Of a DNA stretch of 64,000 nt, positions 40,374 through 54,149 are shown piece after piece; the stretch's first letter is position 1, and every line of letters starts with the position of its first letter. This stretch comes from Eledone cirrhosa (taxonomy: Eukaryota). Made by a program: the position numbers and the translations under genes. The stretch covers positions 151,838,001-151,902,000 of the forward strand of contig OZ024743.1 in the NCBI GenBank assembly GCA_964016885.1, in the 5' to 3' direction. The notes beneath the pieces were generated by a model that worked only from the letters and a program-made list of their open reading frames with translations, was not told the DNA's origin and did not search any database.

Positions 40374-40783
40374 ACATATTGTTATACTTTGGGAGGGTCA
40401 TGCTGCCAATAAAAACACATGCACCTGTTGGTTTTCACTTCAATTTATTATAAGTTTCCAGTTGGCTAGTTGGATAGAACAAACAACCAACTAGTGACAA
40501 GTAAATAAACACATAAATAAATAAAAAAACACACACACATGGATGTACCGCATGCACAAATTAAACACACAACACACAAAAACAAGATGGTGTACGACAG
40601 AAAAAAGGAGAGACACAAAATAAAAACCTAGTCACTGAGGAGGTCACAGAGCTTTGACAGTATATGAAAAACCTTCTGGTTATCGAACTAGCCAACCAGA
40701 AACTTATAATAAATTGAAGTGAAAACCAACAGGTGCATGTGTTTTTATTGGCACCATGACCCTCCCAAAATATAACAATATGT
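40374..40783. repeat. Inverted repeat with 103-bp arms, same family as 46432-46560
   Basis: 40374-40476 vs 40681-40783; (TA)n flanks. Confidence 0.92.
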
Positions 40784-40789
40784 ATATAT

Positions 40790-41460
40790 ATGTAGATTAG
40801 AGAGAAACGAAGCCTGCATGCTCCGATGGATGTGTAACAATAATATACGTGAACGACAAAGCATAAATGAATTGAGAGAGAGACTGAGCATAAGAGGAAT
40901 CAAATGCTGTGTGCAGGAGAGGCGGTTGCGCTGGTATGGACATGTGATGCGTATGAAGGATGACAGCTGCATAAAAAGGTGCAGAGCACTAGAAGTTGAT
41001 GGAAACCGCGGAGTGGGGAGACCCAAGATGACCTGGGATGAGGTGATAAAAGCCGACCTTACCCAATTACACCTCTCAAAGACAATGACACACGACCGTG
41101 ACTTCTGGCGTCACGCAGTAATACAGAGTACCCGACCTCCCATGGGTACAAGCTGAAGCATATAGACAATATGCCCCCACACCCCCCACTGCAAGGTGGT
41201 CGTGGAGGTGCCACGGCAAAAAAGCACCCAGCCCACACTGTAAAGTGGACGTGTAGGCGCCACGAAAAAGCACCCAACACTCACTGTAAATGTGGTTGGT
41301 GTTAGGAAGGACATCCAGCTGTAGAAATCAAGCCAAATCAGTTCCTGTATGAGCAAGGCATGGTCAGCCGACCAGACACTGCTCACAACAGGACAACCCG
41401 TCTAACCCATGCTAACGTGGAAGAACGGACGTAAAACGGTGATGATGATGTGATGATGAT
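40790..41460 (+). mobile_element. 5'-truncated RTE family A with 3' UTR and (GAT)n tail
   Basis: ORF 40818-41156 MLRWMC..RRLRWYGHVMRM..GRPKMTW. Confidence 0.92.
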
Positions 41461-41467
41461 ATATATA

Positions 41468-41621
41468 TCATCATCATCATCAACGTTTAACGTCCGTGTT
41501 CCATGCTTGCATGGGTTTGGACGGGGGTTTTCCCACTTGAGGCAAGAGTGATTGTCTTGCTCGCATAGGACTATCTGGCGGGTTTTCTACAGCTGGATGC
41601 CCTTCCTAACACCAACCACAT
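41468..41621 (-). mobile_element. RTE-tail SINE/3' end
   Basis: Matches 42535-42695 and 51382-51545. Confidence 0.85.
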
Positions 41622-41994
41622 TTTATATATATATTATATATTATAAAATCTCGGGAATTTTACCTGATTATATATAATATATATATCATCATCATCATCA
41701 TCATTTAATGTCTATTTTCCACACTACATCATCATCATTTAACGTCCATTTTTACATGTTAAAATGAGTTATATATCTATATCTATATGTAGTTGACAGC
41801 TGAGAGAAAGTCGTACTCAATACCAAAATAGAGTCTTAATATTAATTTTATTAAGGTTGAATTGGGAGTTTTGTTACTCTGGAGCTTCACCTGTTTATCA
41901 TAGGGATATCAAACAAGTTCTTGTCTGTTGGCCCTTTGATAAACAGGTAAAAGTCTAGAGTAACAAGACTCACTATTCAGCCTTAATAAAATGA

Positions 41995-42043
<49 letters not shown>

Positions 42044-42052
42044 CATATATAT

Positions 42053-42139
<87 letters not shown>

Positions 42140-42147
42140 AATATATA

Positions 42148-42193
<46 letters not shown>

Positions 42194-42200
42194 TATATAT

Positions 42201-42254
<54 letters not shown>

Positions 42255-42266
42255 ATATATATATAT
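41995..42266. repeat. Long (TA)n/(CA)n microsatellite
   Basis: Direct. Confidence 0.97.
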
Positions 42267-42691
42267 GTCACTGGACCGAGACCTTTGGCGGTACTCAGTA
42301 ACAGAGAAGACCCGCCTTGCCAGTAGGCATCTCTAACAAAATACACCCCGTCCCACCACCCCCACCCCCACCCCATCCACACCACCCCGTCCTATGTAAA
42401 GTTATGTTGGTGCCGCGCCATCCGGGCCGAAACAAATGAGATCGTGTAGGTGTCACGACAAAAAAACACACAGTCCACGCTGTAATGTGGCCGTGTAGGC
42501 AACACGGTAAAAACCTCCCAGACCCACACTGTAAATGTGGTTGGTGTTAGGAAGGGCATCCAACTGTAGAAAACCTGCCAGACAGTCCTATGCGAGCAAG
42601 ACAATCACTCTTGCCTCAAGTGGGACTACCCCCGTCCAAACCCATGCAAGCGTGGAACACGGACGTTAAACGTTGATGATGATGATGATGA

Positions 42692-42695
<4 letters not shown>
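42267..42695 (+). mobile_element. RTE 3' end (family A variant)
   Basis: Ends of ORF ([14 protein letters not shown]), pseudoknot-like units, (GAT)n. Confidence 0.85.
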
Positions 42696-42748
<53 letters not shown>

Positions 42749-42881
42749 GATTCCTGATGATTTCTAATGAATGAAACAGTTCTAGTCCTGTAGAATCTCA
42801 TCTATATTAAAACTTTTATACTCTGCTATGTATTGAGTACCTTACTTACTGTGGTTACCTCCGATTCAACCCGGAATAACG

Positions 42882-42907
<26 letters not shown>

Positions 42908-42912
<5 letters not shown>

Positions 42913-43325
42913 CATGGCTTAGTGGTTAGAGCATTGGGCTGCAATCGAAAGGTTGCGAGTTCAACACTTGGACCAGGTGATGTGTTGTTTCCTTGAGCAA
43001 GACATTTTATTTCACATTGCTTCAGTTTACTCAGCCATAGAAATGAGATGATAGGAACTGGGGACTCATTCCACTGCAAAGTGGTCGTGGAGGTGCCAAA
43101 AAAAGCACCCAGCCCACACTGTAAAGTGGACGTGTAGGTGCCACGGAAAAGAAGCACCCAGCACTCACTGTAAATGAGGTTGGTGTTAGGAAGGGCATCC
43201 AGCTGTAGAAATCAAGCCAGAATCCGTTCCCGTATGAGCAAGACAAGGTCAGCTGAACTGGCATTGCCCACAACAGGATGTCCCACCCTTGCAAGCAGGG
43301 AAAAGCAGACGTAAAATGATGATGA
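42908..43325 (+). mobile_element. Full-length tRNA-derived SINE with RTE-derived tail
   Basis: A box TGGCTTAGTGG, B-like GAGTTCAAC, central ccttgagcaagaca domain, (GAT)n; sister copy at 53405-53782. Confidence 0.85.
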
Positions 43326-43651
43326 TATATATATATACACACACATATATATTATAAGCAAATGAAGAGAAATTGTGTTATCAAAACATATCACTGTAAT
43401 AGTCTTTGACATCTAAAACACTGATTGCAACTGAAGTTTATCTGACAATTTGTACAAGATAAAACCAACAAATTCAGTGTAGTAAGACAAAATAAGATTT
43501 ATGTTAGTTCAGGAAATTTAATAATTCTTTGCAAGGTAAAGTAGTGTCGTGGATTTTAAGATTGATATGTTGCATCTTTAGCCTCTTCTAGAAAGCACAG
43601 ATTTCTATATTTAAATGAGAGGAAGTTTCTGGTTTACATTAATCAACTTAC

Positions 43652-43690
43652 ATTTCTAAGTCTGAGAGGCACATCAGAAAAAGTAGAGAA
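43652..43690 (-). other. Candidate 39-nt (5' UTR?) exon
   Basis: ttatttttCAG and AAT|GTAAGT only. Confidence 0.25.
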
Positions 43691-44109
43691 CTGAAAAATA
43701 ACCTCTCCATAGACGTGTCCAAATTTGCATAATTTATTTACTTGTGTCAGATTAGAAATAAGTATAAATTTAAAAACAAAAATACTAATACATTTATGTG
43801 GGTATGTACACATGTACACTAACATAAATCTATACATTAACCCATTAGCATTCAAACTGGCTGTAACTGACCACTGATACTGACGTTAGTGTATTGTTCT
43901 CAAAATAAATAATATCAAAATCTCATAGATTCAATATTATGTGAGATAATTATGTGAGGTAAAGCCTTTACTGTGAAAATACAATAGTATATATAGAGTA
44001 ATGTATATGCTAAAGGGTTAAACAATATATGAGTTTATGTGGTAAGACATATTTCCAAAGAATTGTATAGACGATTTTTCACATGTTAGTTTTACATTGT
44101 ATTTCCCAC

Positions 44110-44530
44110 GGCTATCTACTCCTGCAAAACATGGAAACATACTGCCAAGATGGATAGGTGTCTAAAAACTTTCCATCAAAAGTGCCTGCGTAAGATTCTA
44201 AAGGTCACCTGGTGAGATCGGGTTAAGAAGAAGAGATCCTGTGGAAAAAGGGTCACATACACTGCAAGAGATTGTCACAGAGTGGCGGTTTTGTTTTGCA
44301 GGTCACATTCTGTGTGTCCCTGAATATCACCTGTTCAAAACAGTGATAACAGGTACTTCTCCCAAAGGCAAGTGGAAAAGAGGCCGACCGAAGATGACCT
44401 GGCAGCAGACATTCCAAAGCAACCTACAAACAGTCAACATCACTTGACATGGATTTCAACAAGTTACTGTGATCAACAGCATTGGAGGTGATTGGTTGAC
44501 TTATGTTCCCAACAGAATAATCTGAACTAA
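44110..44530 (+). mobile_element. Degraded RTE/BovB-like LINE 3' fragment
   Basis: FHQKCLRKILKVTW, FAGHIL, KRGRPKMTW. Confidence 0.8.
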
Positions 44531-45760
44531 GTTTTTAAAATTCCCATGATATTGAATGCATTATTCAGTCTGTATAACTAAATCATAGGTTGATATTTAC
44601 ACCTATAATCAGTATATTTTCTGTATTAGAAAATATTTTCAAAGAAAAATGGAGGAACTTTGGTTTTTGTCCAGGTAAAATAAATCACAACCAGATTTCA
44701 CAAGGGCTATCCCATAGGTAGAACAAGAACAAATATTTCTATTAAATCTCTACTAGGCTTTTGCCATACTTTTCTGTTTCAGATGGAAGACATTAGCTAT
44801 GTAGTGGTGATGATAAACTTTGAAGAATTCTCAATAATAAGAAACATACATAATACATTCAGTGGTGCTGATTGCATTGAACAAATATAACAATATAAAT
44901 ATTTTATAAATGAAGACAAGCAACAACAATTCATTGTATTAAGTATGTATAGGACAAGTTTCATATTGAAATTTAGTTTTTAAAAATGACCTCAAAATGT
45001 CTACCTGTGAATAATTGAGGATGGTTTCTGAAAGCAAATTTAATGTGAATGACTAAAATGTTATAGAAAATAAATGATCAGCAGCTTGTAACTAAGTTAA
45101 GATAAATAACTACATATAATAAAACAGTTACTTAAATATGATGAGTTATAATATGTTTAAAATGTAGTATAGCATACAGAACAATGATTGATAAATCCAA
45201 GTATATAAGAGGTTCTTTTTTTAATTCTTAGAAAGTCATCATGTAGACTTAGTGTGATGCAGCTAACTGGGACAGTGTGTGCTTTGGGGGTAGTTTGTGG
45301 TCGAGCAGAAGATCAGATAGAAGGAATTGTGGTCATGAAATCCACCCAGAACTAATTTTTTTTGGTTTGTTCTGTCTATGACATGCATCCTAGTCCAACA
45401 AAATCTTAAACATTTTAAAGTAGAAGAGAGCGGCTTGTGCAAATGAAAGAGACCACAAGTAGTAAAGAAGAGCAGGATGAAGTTTTGTAAAGAAAGAGGA
45501 TGCTACAAGCCAGCCATTGGAAGAGAAGACTAACCCAATAGTTGATAAATGAAAACAAACAAACACAGAGATGCAAAAATACAGTTATATTAGATTCATG
45601 CATGTGCATTGCTGTTGAGGAGGTTTTTGTAGTACATCACTAACGTTATTTAGGGTTTGATGAGATATATTTTGTACTTAAGAGATTATGTGTTTTGTCT
45701 GTTTTGGAGTAAGTATGCCTTTGCTTCCCATAGTAGAAATTATGTATGATTTTAATTTAT

Positions 45761-45888
45761 ACTAGACCACCCCTGACCCGTTGGGTCACGTTCACTTCAA
45801 ATTATTTTTTTAAATCATGTTCACTTACAAAAATGTTTAAATAATTAAAATATACAGACATGTATATAATGTGAAATGAGAGTGGAAG

Positions 45889-45932
<44 letters not shown>

Positions 45933-46310
45933 CTGTGTATATATGAATGTGTGTGTGTGTGTATATATATATGTGTGCGTGTGTATATATATGTGGGTGT
46001 CTGTGATGTATATATATTGGTCATAGACACACATGCACTTACATACACACATATATATATATACACACACTCACATATATATATACACAACACCACCACC
46101 AGCTCTCTCATTCTTCCATTCTCCTTCTCTGCCCCTCTCTATGTTTCTCTTTCAATCTACTCTTTCACACCCGCTATCTCTTTCTCTCTATCCTTCTCTC
46201 TCTCTATTTATGAAGGTACCCAGAAAACTCCATATCTTGGGAACCCGTGCTTCGATTTACGTGAAATTTGTTTTATTCCATTTGTATTCTCATTTCAGGG
46301 GTAACTTCCT
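45761..46310. mobile_element. Possible non-autonomous Helitron/Helentron-like remnant with internal microsatellites
   Basis: ACTAG start followed by hairpin TGACCCG-T-TGGGTCA; end not defined. Confidence 0.3.
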
Positions 46311-46431
46311 TTCAAAGTATTTTCCCATTATGCACCTGTTTGGCTGTATTATTACATTACAGACAAGCAAGCAATCACAGAGTTGTAGTAGTATATATAT
46401 AAATAAATAAATATATATATATATATATATA

Positions 46432-46556
46432 GTTATACTTTGGAGGGTCATGCTGCCAATAAAAATGGAACAAAACAAACACAGGGATGCAAAAATACAG
46501 TGACCCTCCAAAGTATAACAATATCTGTTTCAACACGTTTTCATAAGAAATCTCGC

Positions 46557-46560
<4 letters not shown>
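46432..46560. repeat. Short inverted copy of the 40.3-40.8 kb family
   Basis: 19-bp arms 46432-46450 / 46501-46519; 46501-46560 matches the reverse complement of 40338-40400. Confidence 0.85.
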
Positions 46561-46595
<35 letters not shown>

Positions 46596-48989
46596 GCTAT
46601 AGATGTAAATGCAACACATGAGGCATTGCCCATTGAGGCAAAATCAAATAATGTACACAACAGAAGAATGTTAAAAGTCTTGCTGATAAATATCACATAC
46701 AGGGAAAACTGAATAACACAGAAATGTGGCTACAGACTACTAATGAAAAAACTTACAATTATACCTAGATTATTCATTCATATTTGTATGTATAAACATT
46801 GAAGCAAATGGCTATGTGATAAAATGCCTGGATTCCAGCCTTGAAAAGACAGATTTCCTGAAGATCAATTGGAATCAATTGCCTATCAAATTGCCAATAC
46901 TATTCTTCAGAAAGGCTGGCAAAATAGCTTCTAACTGATCATATTTGTTTACTCCAGCAGAAATTTCTAGTTACATACATAATCACCAACTATTATCTCA
47001 TTAAATAGAACCAATTACTAAAGTTTTCATACACATAGAAATAGTATATTCAGAAATATTTCTGTCCTAATATTAGTGTTGTTTTTGTTATTTATGACTA
47101 CTTTATATTTAACGAATGTCTCTTGCAGAATATGATACTGCTGATTTCAGGATTACTTCAGAAAATACACTAGAATATTTTTCTTGTTAGTTGACTCAAG
47201 GTCCAAGTAAGTATTTTAACTCACAACTTTCAGCTATTAATTATAGTCTTAAAAAGCACTAGCTAATCATAAAGTTCGTTACAGTACTGCAATATATATA
47301 TATGTACATATTAATTAATAACGTTTCTGTTAGAATTCAGACATCTATCAAATCTCAACCAATCACAAATATCTCTACCAAATATTGTGATGAAACTAAT
47401 AAAAATCAAAAATAAATAGTGAAAACTTATATACTTTAAACATAAAACAGATAGAAACCAAAGACATCTTTAACATCAACAATAATAGTTGTTTCTATTT
47501 TTGGCACAAGGCCAGCAATTATCCCAGTGCATTACTGGTCCTTTATTTTATCAACCCCATAAGGATGAAAAGAAAAGTTAACCTCTGCGGGATTTGAAGT
47601 CAGATCATGCATAAAAAGTAAAATAAAATCAAAACACAAAGAGAACTTGCAGGAACCAGCTTTGGTTAGCACGAAAAAACAACTGCAGTCTACAAATAAT
47701 ATATTAGATCTAACTCCTGATCATTGGATAACTTTAGCAAAGTCGATTAATTCAGACATTCAGGACATGTCTGCTGTCTGAAGATAACTTTCTCCTATCT
47801 GTTGCAGAGTCCCTAAAAAGGGCCATGGGTGCTGCTCTTCTTTCTCTGACTAAAGCATAAAAAATACTTTTAAAAAGTACCACCAGGACCACTGCAAGCT
47901 ACAAGGAATACAAAATGAAAGGCTACCTGGACATCAAAGTGGTGTAGTTTATTGCAGCATCAAATATCAGCTCTAACAATTCCTGCCACTACCAGTTCAC
48001 ACATCAGCAAAGGATATCTCGAACATTCAGGAATACTAATAGAAAACAATCCTAAAATACTATTCTTCTAATGCAGTCAAGATGAACTAAAAAAGCATAT
48101 ACTCCCAAAAGTGACAGCAACAGAAATATCATTAGCTACATATAGTGGTGCTAGAATACTAACCACCAAATATGTGCAGAAGAAAAGCACACATCTCACT
48201 TTGATCAAGTTCACCTCCCTGCCACCTTCACTCCACTCCATTTATGGTCACCATCTCATCTTACAAGTATAGACAACCAAACACAGAAGCTTCTATGTGG
48301 TTGTTCAGCTTGTTAGAAACATGAGCCTAATTTCCCTCATATTCTACTTTACTCCCCTACAAAATCGAAGAACTCATTAGATAATGTAGTTATAGATGAA
48401 GCTATTGCTGATAAAATGAATAATGAGATGGTCAAGTTTTAAATGCTTTTCATTATAACTCTGCTTGATCAGGGTTGATATGTGTCTAACATCAACAACA
48501 GCAAACATACAGGAAGTGATTAGATAGTGCAGAAAATGCAGACATGACTAGACAGCTATACAACATTCAATATAATAAATTCTAGAAAAAAGCAGTATGT
48601 AATGTGGTCCTCAATTAGGCAGTGGAATGATATACCATACCCCTTCCTAGTTAGTACTTCGTATATTTTTAGCAATATGTAAATAGTGAGTCAAAATATC
48701 AGATAAAAATGATTATGTAGCATTAGTACATGTAAACTTCCAATGGAAGACAGAAGAAAACAAAGGATTATTCTGTTGTTCATTGGCTACTCCTAGCAGG
48801 CAACCTACTCTTAGTGTTAAAATACTGAGGTCGCTCATTATGAGCAGCTGATGAATGGAATATTATGTATAAGTATAATAGTCATGAAACTACAACATGG
48901 TTTAAGGGGTCAAAAGTTTCATGTTTAAAGCACTTGTCAAGTTTGATATGTGCTTTAAGCAAAACACTCTAGGCTTCTGCATCAGTGAT

Positions 48990-49610
48990 ATAATAATAAT
49001 GAAATTATTGTGTACAGTGCTCAGGTGCACTACAACTCATCAAAGGTGTATGTATAGTACATAGAATAATGTACAAATCTCAGGAAAGTGAACAGTGTAT
49101 GGGTCATGATATACAAGTGTGTGTGTGTATGGAGGGGGGATATTAGGTGTAGTGTTGGCGAATTTCAGGAAGCATGGAAGTGTTAAAGGTTGCAGTGTCT
49201 CAACAGCTAACAACTGATGCAGGTAGTTTGTTCCATGCTTCAGCAACTCTGAGCATGAAAAAATGTTTCTGAAAGTCATGGGAGCTGTGCTTGTTTTCTG
49301 ACTTTGTAGGAATGTCCACATGTGTTAGACACATGGAATTCAAAAAGGTACTCAGGGTTGTTGTTGGTAAGGTGGTTAATAATTTTGTGGGAGTTTACTA
49401 AGTCAGTTGCCAGACGTCGGAGCCTCAATGTAACCATGCCCAGGGAAGCAAGGCGTTCAGAGTATGGTTGCCTTATGGAGGGTATTCGCTTGGTTGCACA
49501 TCTCTGAACAGTTTCCAGGAGGTCAATATTCTGAGCAAGATAGGGGTTCCACACTGGTGATGCAAATTCTAAGTGTGGCCACATCATAGCTATATACAGC
49601 TTTAAATAGG
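48990..49610 (-). mobile_element. CR1-like LINE 3' fragment
   Basis: PHLEFASPVWNPY..LETVQR.ATK..YSERL..LRLRR; (att)n tail. Confidence 0.9.
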
Positions 49611-49693
49611 TTCACAGTTATAAAAAATAAATAAAAAATCACTATGTATTCAGTGTGAACAATTGTCATTTAAACTCCAAATCACTATCTTTG

Positions 49694-49724
<31 letters not shown>

Positions 49725-51283
49725 ACATATTCCAGAGAGAAAAAGCATCAAGCTGAATGTCAGGAAATCAGGTTTGTTTATCTCCACTTCAACCGTCTGT
49801 CTCATCTATTTCCCACTCCCACTCTTTTAGAATGTATACTCTTTCAATATCTGTTTCCTGAGTGAATACATTAGATTTAGAAATGTTCATATTCAGGGAA
49901 TATTCTGGGATAGATCTTGATCTCTGTGCCAAATTTTAAGATAATTTGTTGAGAGATGGCAACATTGTTTGAAGACAAACAAAGATTCACTTTTATTATA
50001 GATGAAAATATCCAGAGTAGTGTGAAAAAAATGTTCGAGAAATTTTTTTTCTCACTTTACCCATGGATATTTAATACTAAATTAGAAGCAGAAAATGATG
50101 GATTGCTCTGTGCATTATGAATATTATATGAAAAAGTTTTACTGATAAACATTGCTGAAAGTAACATATTGTGTAATTGAAAAATTTCATTAGCATAAGG
50201 TGACAGAAATAGAGTCAGAGTTAGCAGTCGTTTGTTGTATATAAACACATACAGATTTAAAATTTCCCTGGTAACTCTCAGGATTGAACTATGTATTTAG
50301 TGTGGTCAGAGGCTATAATGGCAAATGTGATATATTAGAGAAATAGGGATACATAATCAATTAGTTATGAAAGGCTGTAAATAATGTTTCCAATTGTATT
50401 AAGAACTTAGAGATGATAATAGAAATGGCTCCCTTTCAAATAGAGGGTTGTATAATGTGTAATTTCAATGCATGGGTAATATATTTGGCAATAATATATA
50501 AACAGTGAAGCCTGAAACTGAATGAACATAAAATATCATATATTGGGTATGCCATGTTAATCTGAAAGAGGTTGAAATGAGATAATGTTGTTGAATACCA
50601 GAAGAATTAGGTGTTGTTTATGATATGGCTGTGATGATAATAAAAGATGAGAAATTGATTGTTAAAGGTAGACCTCATCAAAAGCAGATGCTGATTCAAA
50701 TGATGACCATGCTGATAATAACATTAATAATGTAAGGAAAATATACAAAAGAAAAAAAGAAAATGCTTATGTATTTTGAACAGGAAGCACAAGAAGAAAT
50801 ATCACAGATTCTTTGAACAGGAAAATGTACATTTGATATATTTCTAAAGAAATTCTAAAAATGGTTGCTGTGAAACCTTGCTCGGATACAACATAAGCAC
50901 TAAAATAACTATTGATTTCTGGTAAATTGCTCTTGATTATATTCATATGCGCTTGATCTTTATGGCCTACATCAGGTGAAAATTCTATAAAATCTATTGA
51001 ATATATCTATTTTCATATGCCCCACCATATGAAAACTTAGCAAGAATAGGGAATATTCAGTTTTAAGACATTATTAGAAGGATTTTATACTTCTGAGACA
51101 ATTTCTAAAACTATTGCTGAGAATTGCATAACTTGAATCTTTCTAATATATTTTATATGGGACCCATTCAGTCAACAGTAGGAATATTAGGAGAAAACAA
51201 GAAGATATATTTACTCCATATTTGTGGTTTCTGCCATAACAAATTCTAGATAATTGATGAGCATTTTAAATCACACACATAAG

Positions 51284-51597
<314 letters not shown>

Positions 51598-51707
51598 ATA
51601 CATATATATTGAGATAGATATATATATATATATACATATACATACATATATATGCATATATATATATATATATATATACATGCTTTTATATATATATATA
51701 TATATAT

Positions 51708-53378
51708 GAGGAGAATGCATGGAAAGAAGAGACCCTACCCCAAGTAGAGCCTATAGAGGGGCCAGCAGTACAAGTCAGCAGCAGCGTAGTAAGTAAGGCA
51801 ATCAAAGATATGAAGACGGGGAAGGCAACCGGTCCATCGGGTATAGCTGCCGAGATGCTGAAGGCATCTGGGTCGGTAGGTCACACCATAACCACACGTA
51901 TTGTTAACCAGGTAATACTAGAAGGTGTCATACCAAAGGATTGGTGCAGTAGCATCATTGTCAACTGCTACAAAGGTAAAGGTGATGCACTAGATAGAGG
52001 AAACTATAGAGGTATAAAGCTGATGGACCAGGTCATGAAAGTAACAGAAAGAGCATAGTTGATTAGGGAATGGGTGAAACTAGATGAGATGCAATTTGGG
52101 TTTGTGCCAGGAAGTGGCACCACGGATGCTCTTTTCCTTGTACGGCAATTACAGGAAAAGTACCTAGCTAACAGTAAACCCCTCTACTTAGCTTTTGTTA
52201 TAACTCTCATAGCTGAATCCATGGCTGAACTAGAGAGGAAGTTCCAAACATGGAAGCATGGCCTTCAATCAAAAGGCCTTAGAGTCAACTCGTTTAAGAC
52301 TAAGGTTCCTAGAAGGAGAATAGGGCACAGGTATCCTCTGGGAAATGGCCATGCTCAGTCTGTAAAAAAGGAGTAGTCAGAAACTCCATTCTATGTCGCA
52401 AATGCAAACTATGGGTACATAAAAGATGTAGTGGGATCAGAGGTAAGCTATCTAAGAATGTAGATTTTATATGTGGCCAATGCTCAGGTGCAGTAAGTAG
52501 CAAGGACCCACTGGATGATATCTCCTTCAACTGCCCAGATGATTCTATAGAAATAGTAGACACCTTCTGTTATCTGGGTGACAAAATCAGCAGTGGAGGA
52601 GGGTGCTGTGAAAGTGTAGTAGCCAGAGTTAGAACTGGATGGAAAAAGTTAACACCACTGTTGGCCACAAGGGATTTTTCTCTAAAAATGAAAGGCAGAT
52701 TGTATGATGCATGTATATGAACAGTGATATTACATGGTAGTGAGACTTGGGCTTTATGTGCTGAAAATCTGCACAGATTAGAAAGAAATGAAGCTTGCAT
52801 GCTCTGATGGATGTGTAATAGTAATATGCACGAAAGGTGAAGCATAAATGAACTAAGAGGGAGACTAAGCATAAGAGGTATCAGATGTTGTGTTCCGGAG
52901 AGGAGACCAAGAAAAACCTGGGACGAGGAGATAAAAACTGACCTTGCTCACTTACACCTCTCTAAGACAATGACACTGGATCAAGACCTTTGGCACCATG
53001 CAGTTGTACAGAAGACCCGACTGCCATTGCGTACAAACCTACAGTCAGTAGGCACCTCTTAACCCAATGTACACCCCACTACCACACCTCTACCCCGTCT
53101 TTCCTCTCCCCTTCCGTCCACTGTGTCAATGACACAACAGTCCACACTGTAAGGTGGCCATGTAGGAGACACGGTGAAAAGGCTCCCAGTACACACTGTA
53201 AATGTAGTTGGTGTTAGGAAGGGCATGCAGCTGTAAAAAACCTGCCAGAGACACTTCTGTGTGAACAAAGCATGGTCTCCCGACCATTCCCGCATCAAAT
53301 GGAACAAAACCGTCTACCCCATGCCAGCGTGGAAGATGGACGTTAAACGATGATGATGATGATGATGATGATGATGAT
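51708..53378 (+). mobile_element. 5'-truncated, internally deleted RTE family A
   Basis: KATGPSG, DEMQFGF, PHD remnant; RT core deleted near 52197; 3' UTR module and (GAT)n. Confidence 0.92.
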
Positions 53379-53404
53379 ATAGAAGGAATCCAATTATATA
53401 TCTA

Positions 53405-53782
53405 CATCATCTACATTTTACGTCCGCTTTTCCCTGTTTGCAAGGGTGGGACAGGAACTGATTCTGGCTTGATTTCTACAGCTGGATGCCCTTCCTAACA
53501 CCAACCTCATTTACAGTGAGTGCTGGGTGCTTCTTTTCCGTGGCGCCTACATGTCCACTTTACAGTGTGGGCTGGGTGCTTTTTTTGCCATGGCACCTCT
53601 ACGACCACTTTGCAGTGGAATGAGTCCCCAGTCCCTATCATCTCATTTCTACAGCTGAGTAAACTGGAACAATGTGAAATAAAATGTCTTGCTCAAGGAC
53701 ACAACACATCACCCAGTCTGAGAATTGAGCTCACTTTTCGATTGCAAGGCCAATGTTCTAACCACTAAGCCATGCGCCTTCA
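53405..53782 (-). mobile_element. tRNA-derived SINE, sister of 42908-43325
   Basis: Reverse-complement match. Confidence 0.85.
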
Positions 53783-53947
53783 TATATATATATATATATG
53801 AGAAAATGTAGCAGAGCTTATTTATTCATGAAAAAGCTGGGGTTTTCCTTTATTGCTACTTTGAGGTCCATGTTTGCATTTTTCACAGCTGTTGTGAATA
53901 ATCAGCATTAGTGTCATTGTTGTTGTCATTCTCTTCATCATCATTAG

Positions 53948-54140
53948 GGTGGTGGATTGGCAGTATCGGTAGAGCATCGGATAACATGCTTTGTGGCAAT
54001 GAATTACAGATCTGAGTTCAAATGCTGCTGAGATTAGCTTTGCCTTTCCTCCTTATGGGGTCAATAAAATAAAGTACCAGTAACACACAGGGACCGATTT
54101 AATAGACTTCTCCTTCCCGCAAAATTGTTGGTTTTGTACA
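53948..54140 (+). mobile_element. tRNA-derived SINE (second family)
   Basis: tggcagtatcggtagagca..gagttcaaat..ttgcctttcctcctt..aaagtaccag. Confidence 0.7.
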
Positions 54141-54149
54141 TAAATCTCC

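Noticed and set aside
41909-42385. YIYI-rich ORFs (also at 24.3, 25.3, 45.9, 63.4 kb)
   Set aside because: Translations of microsatellites
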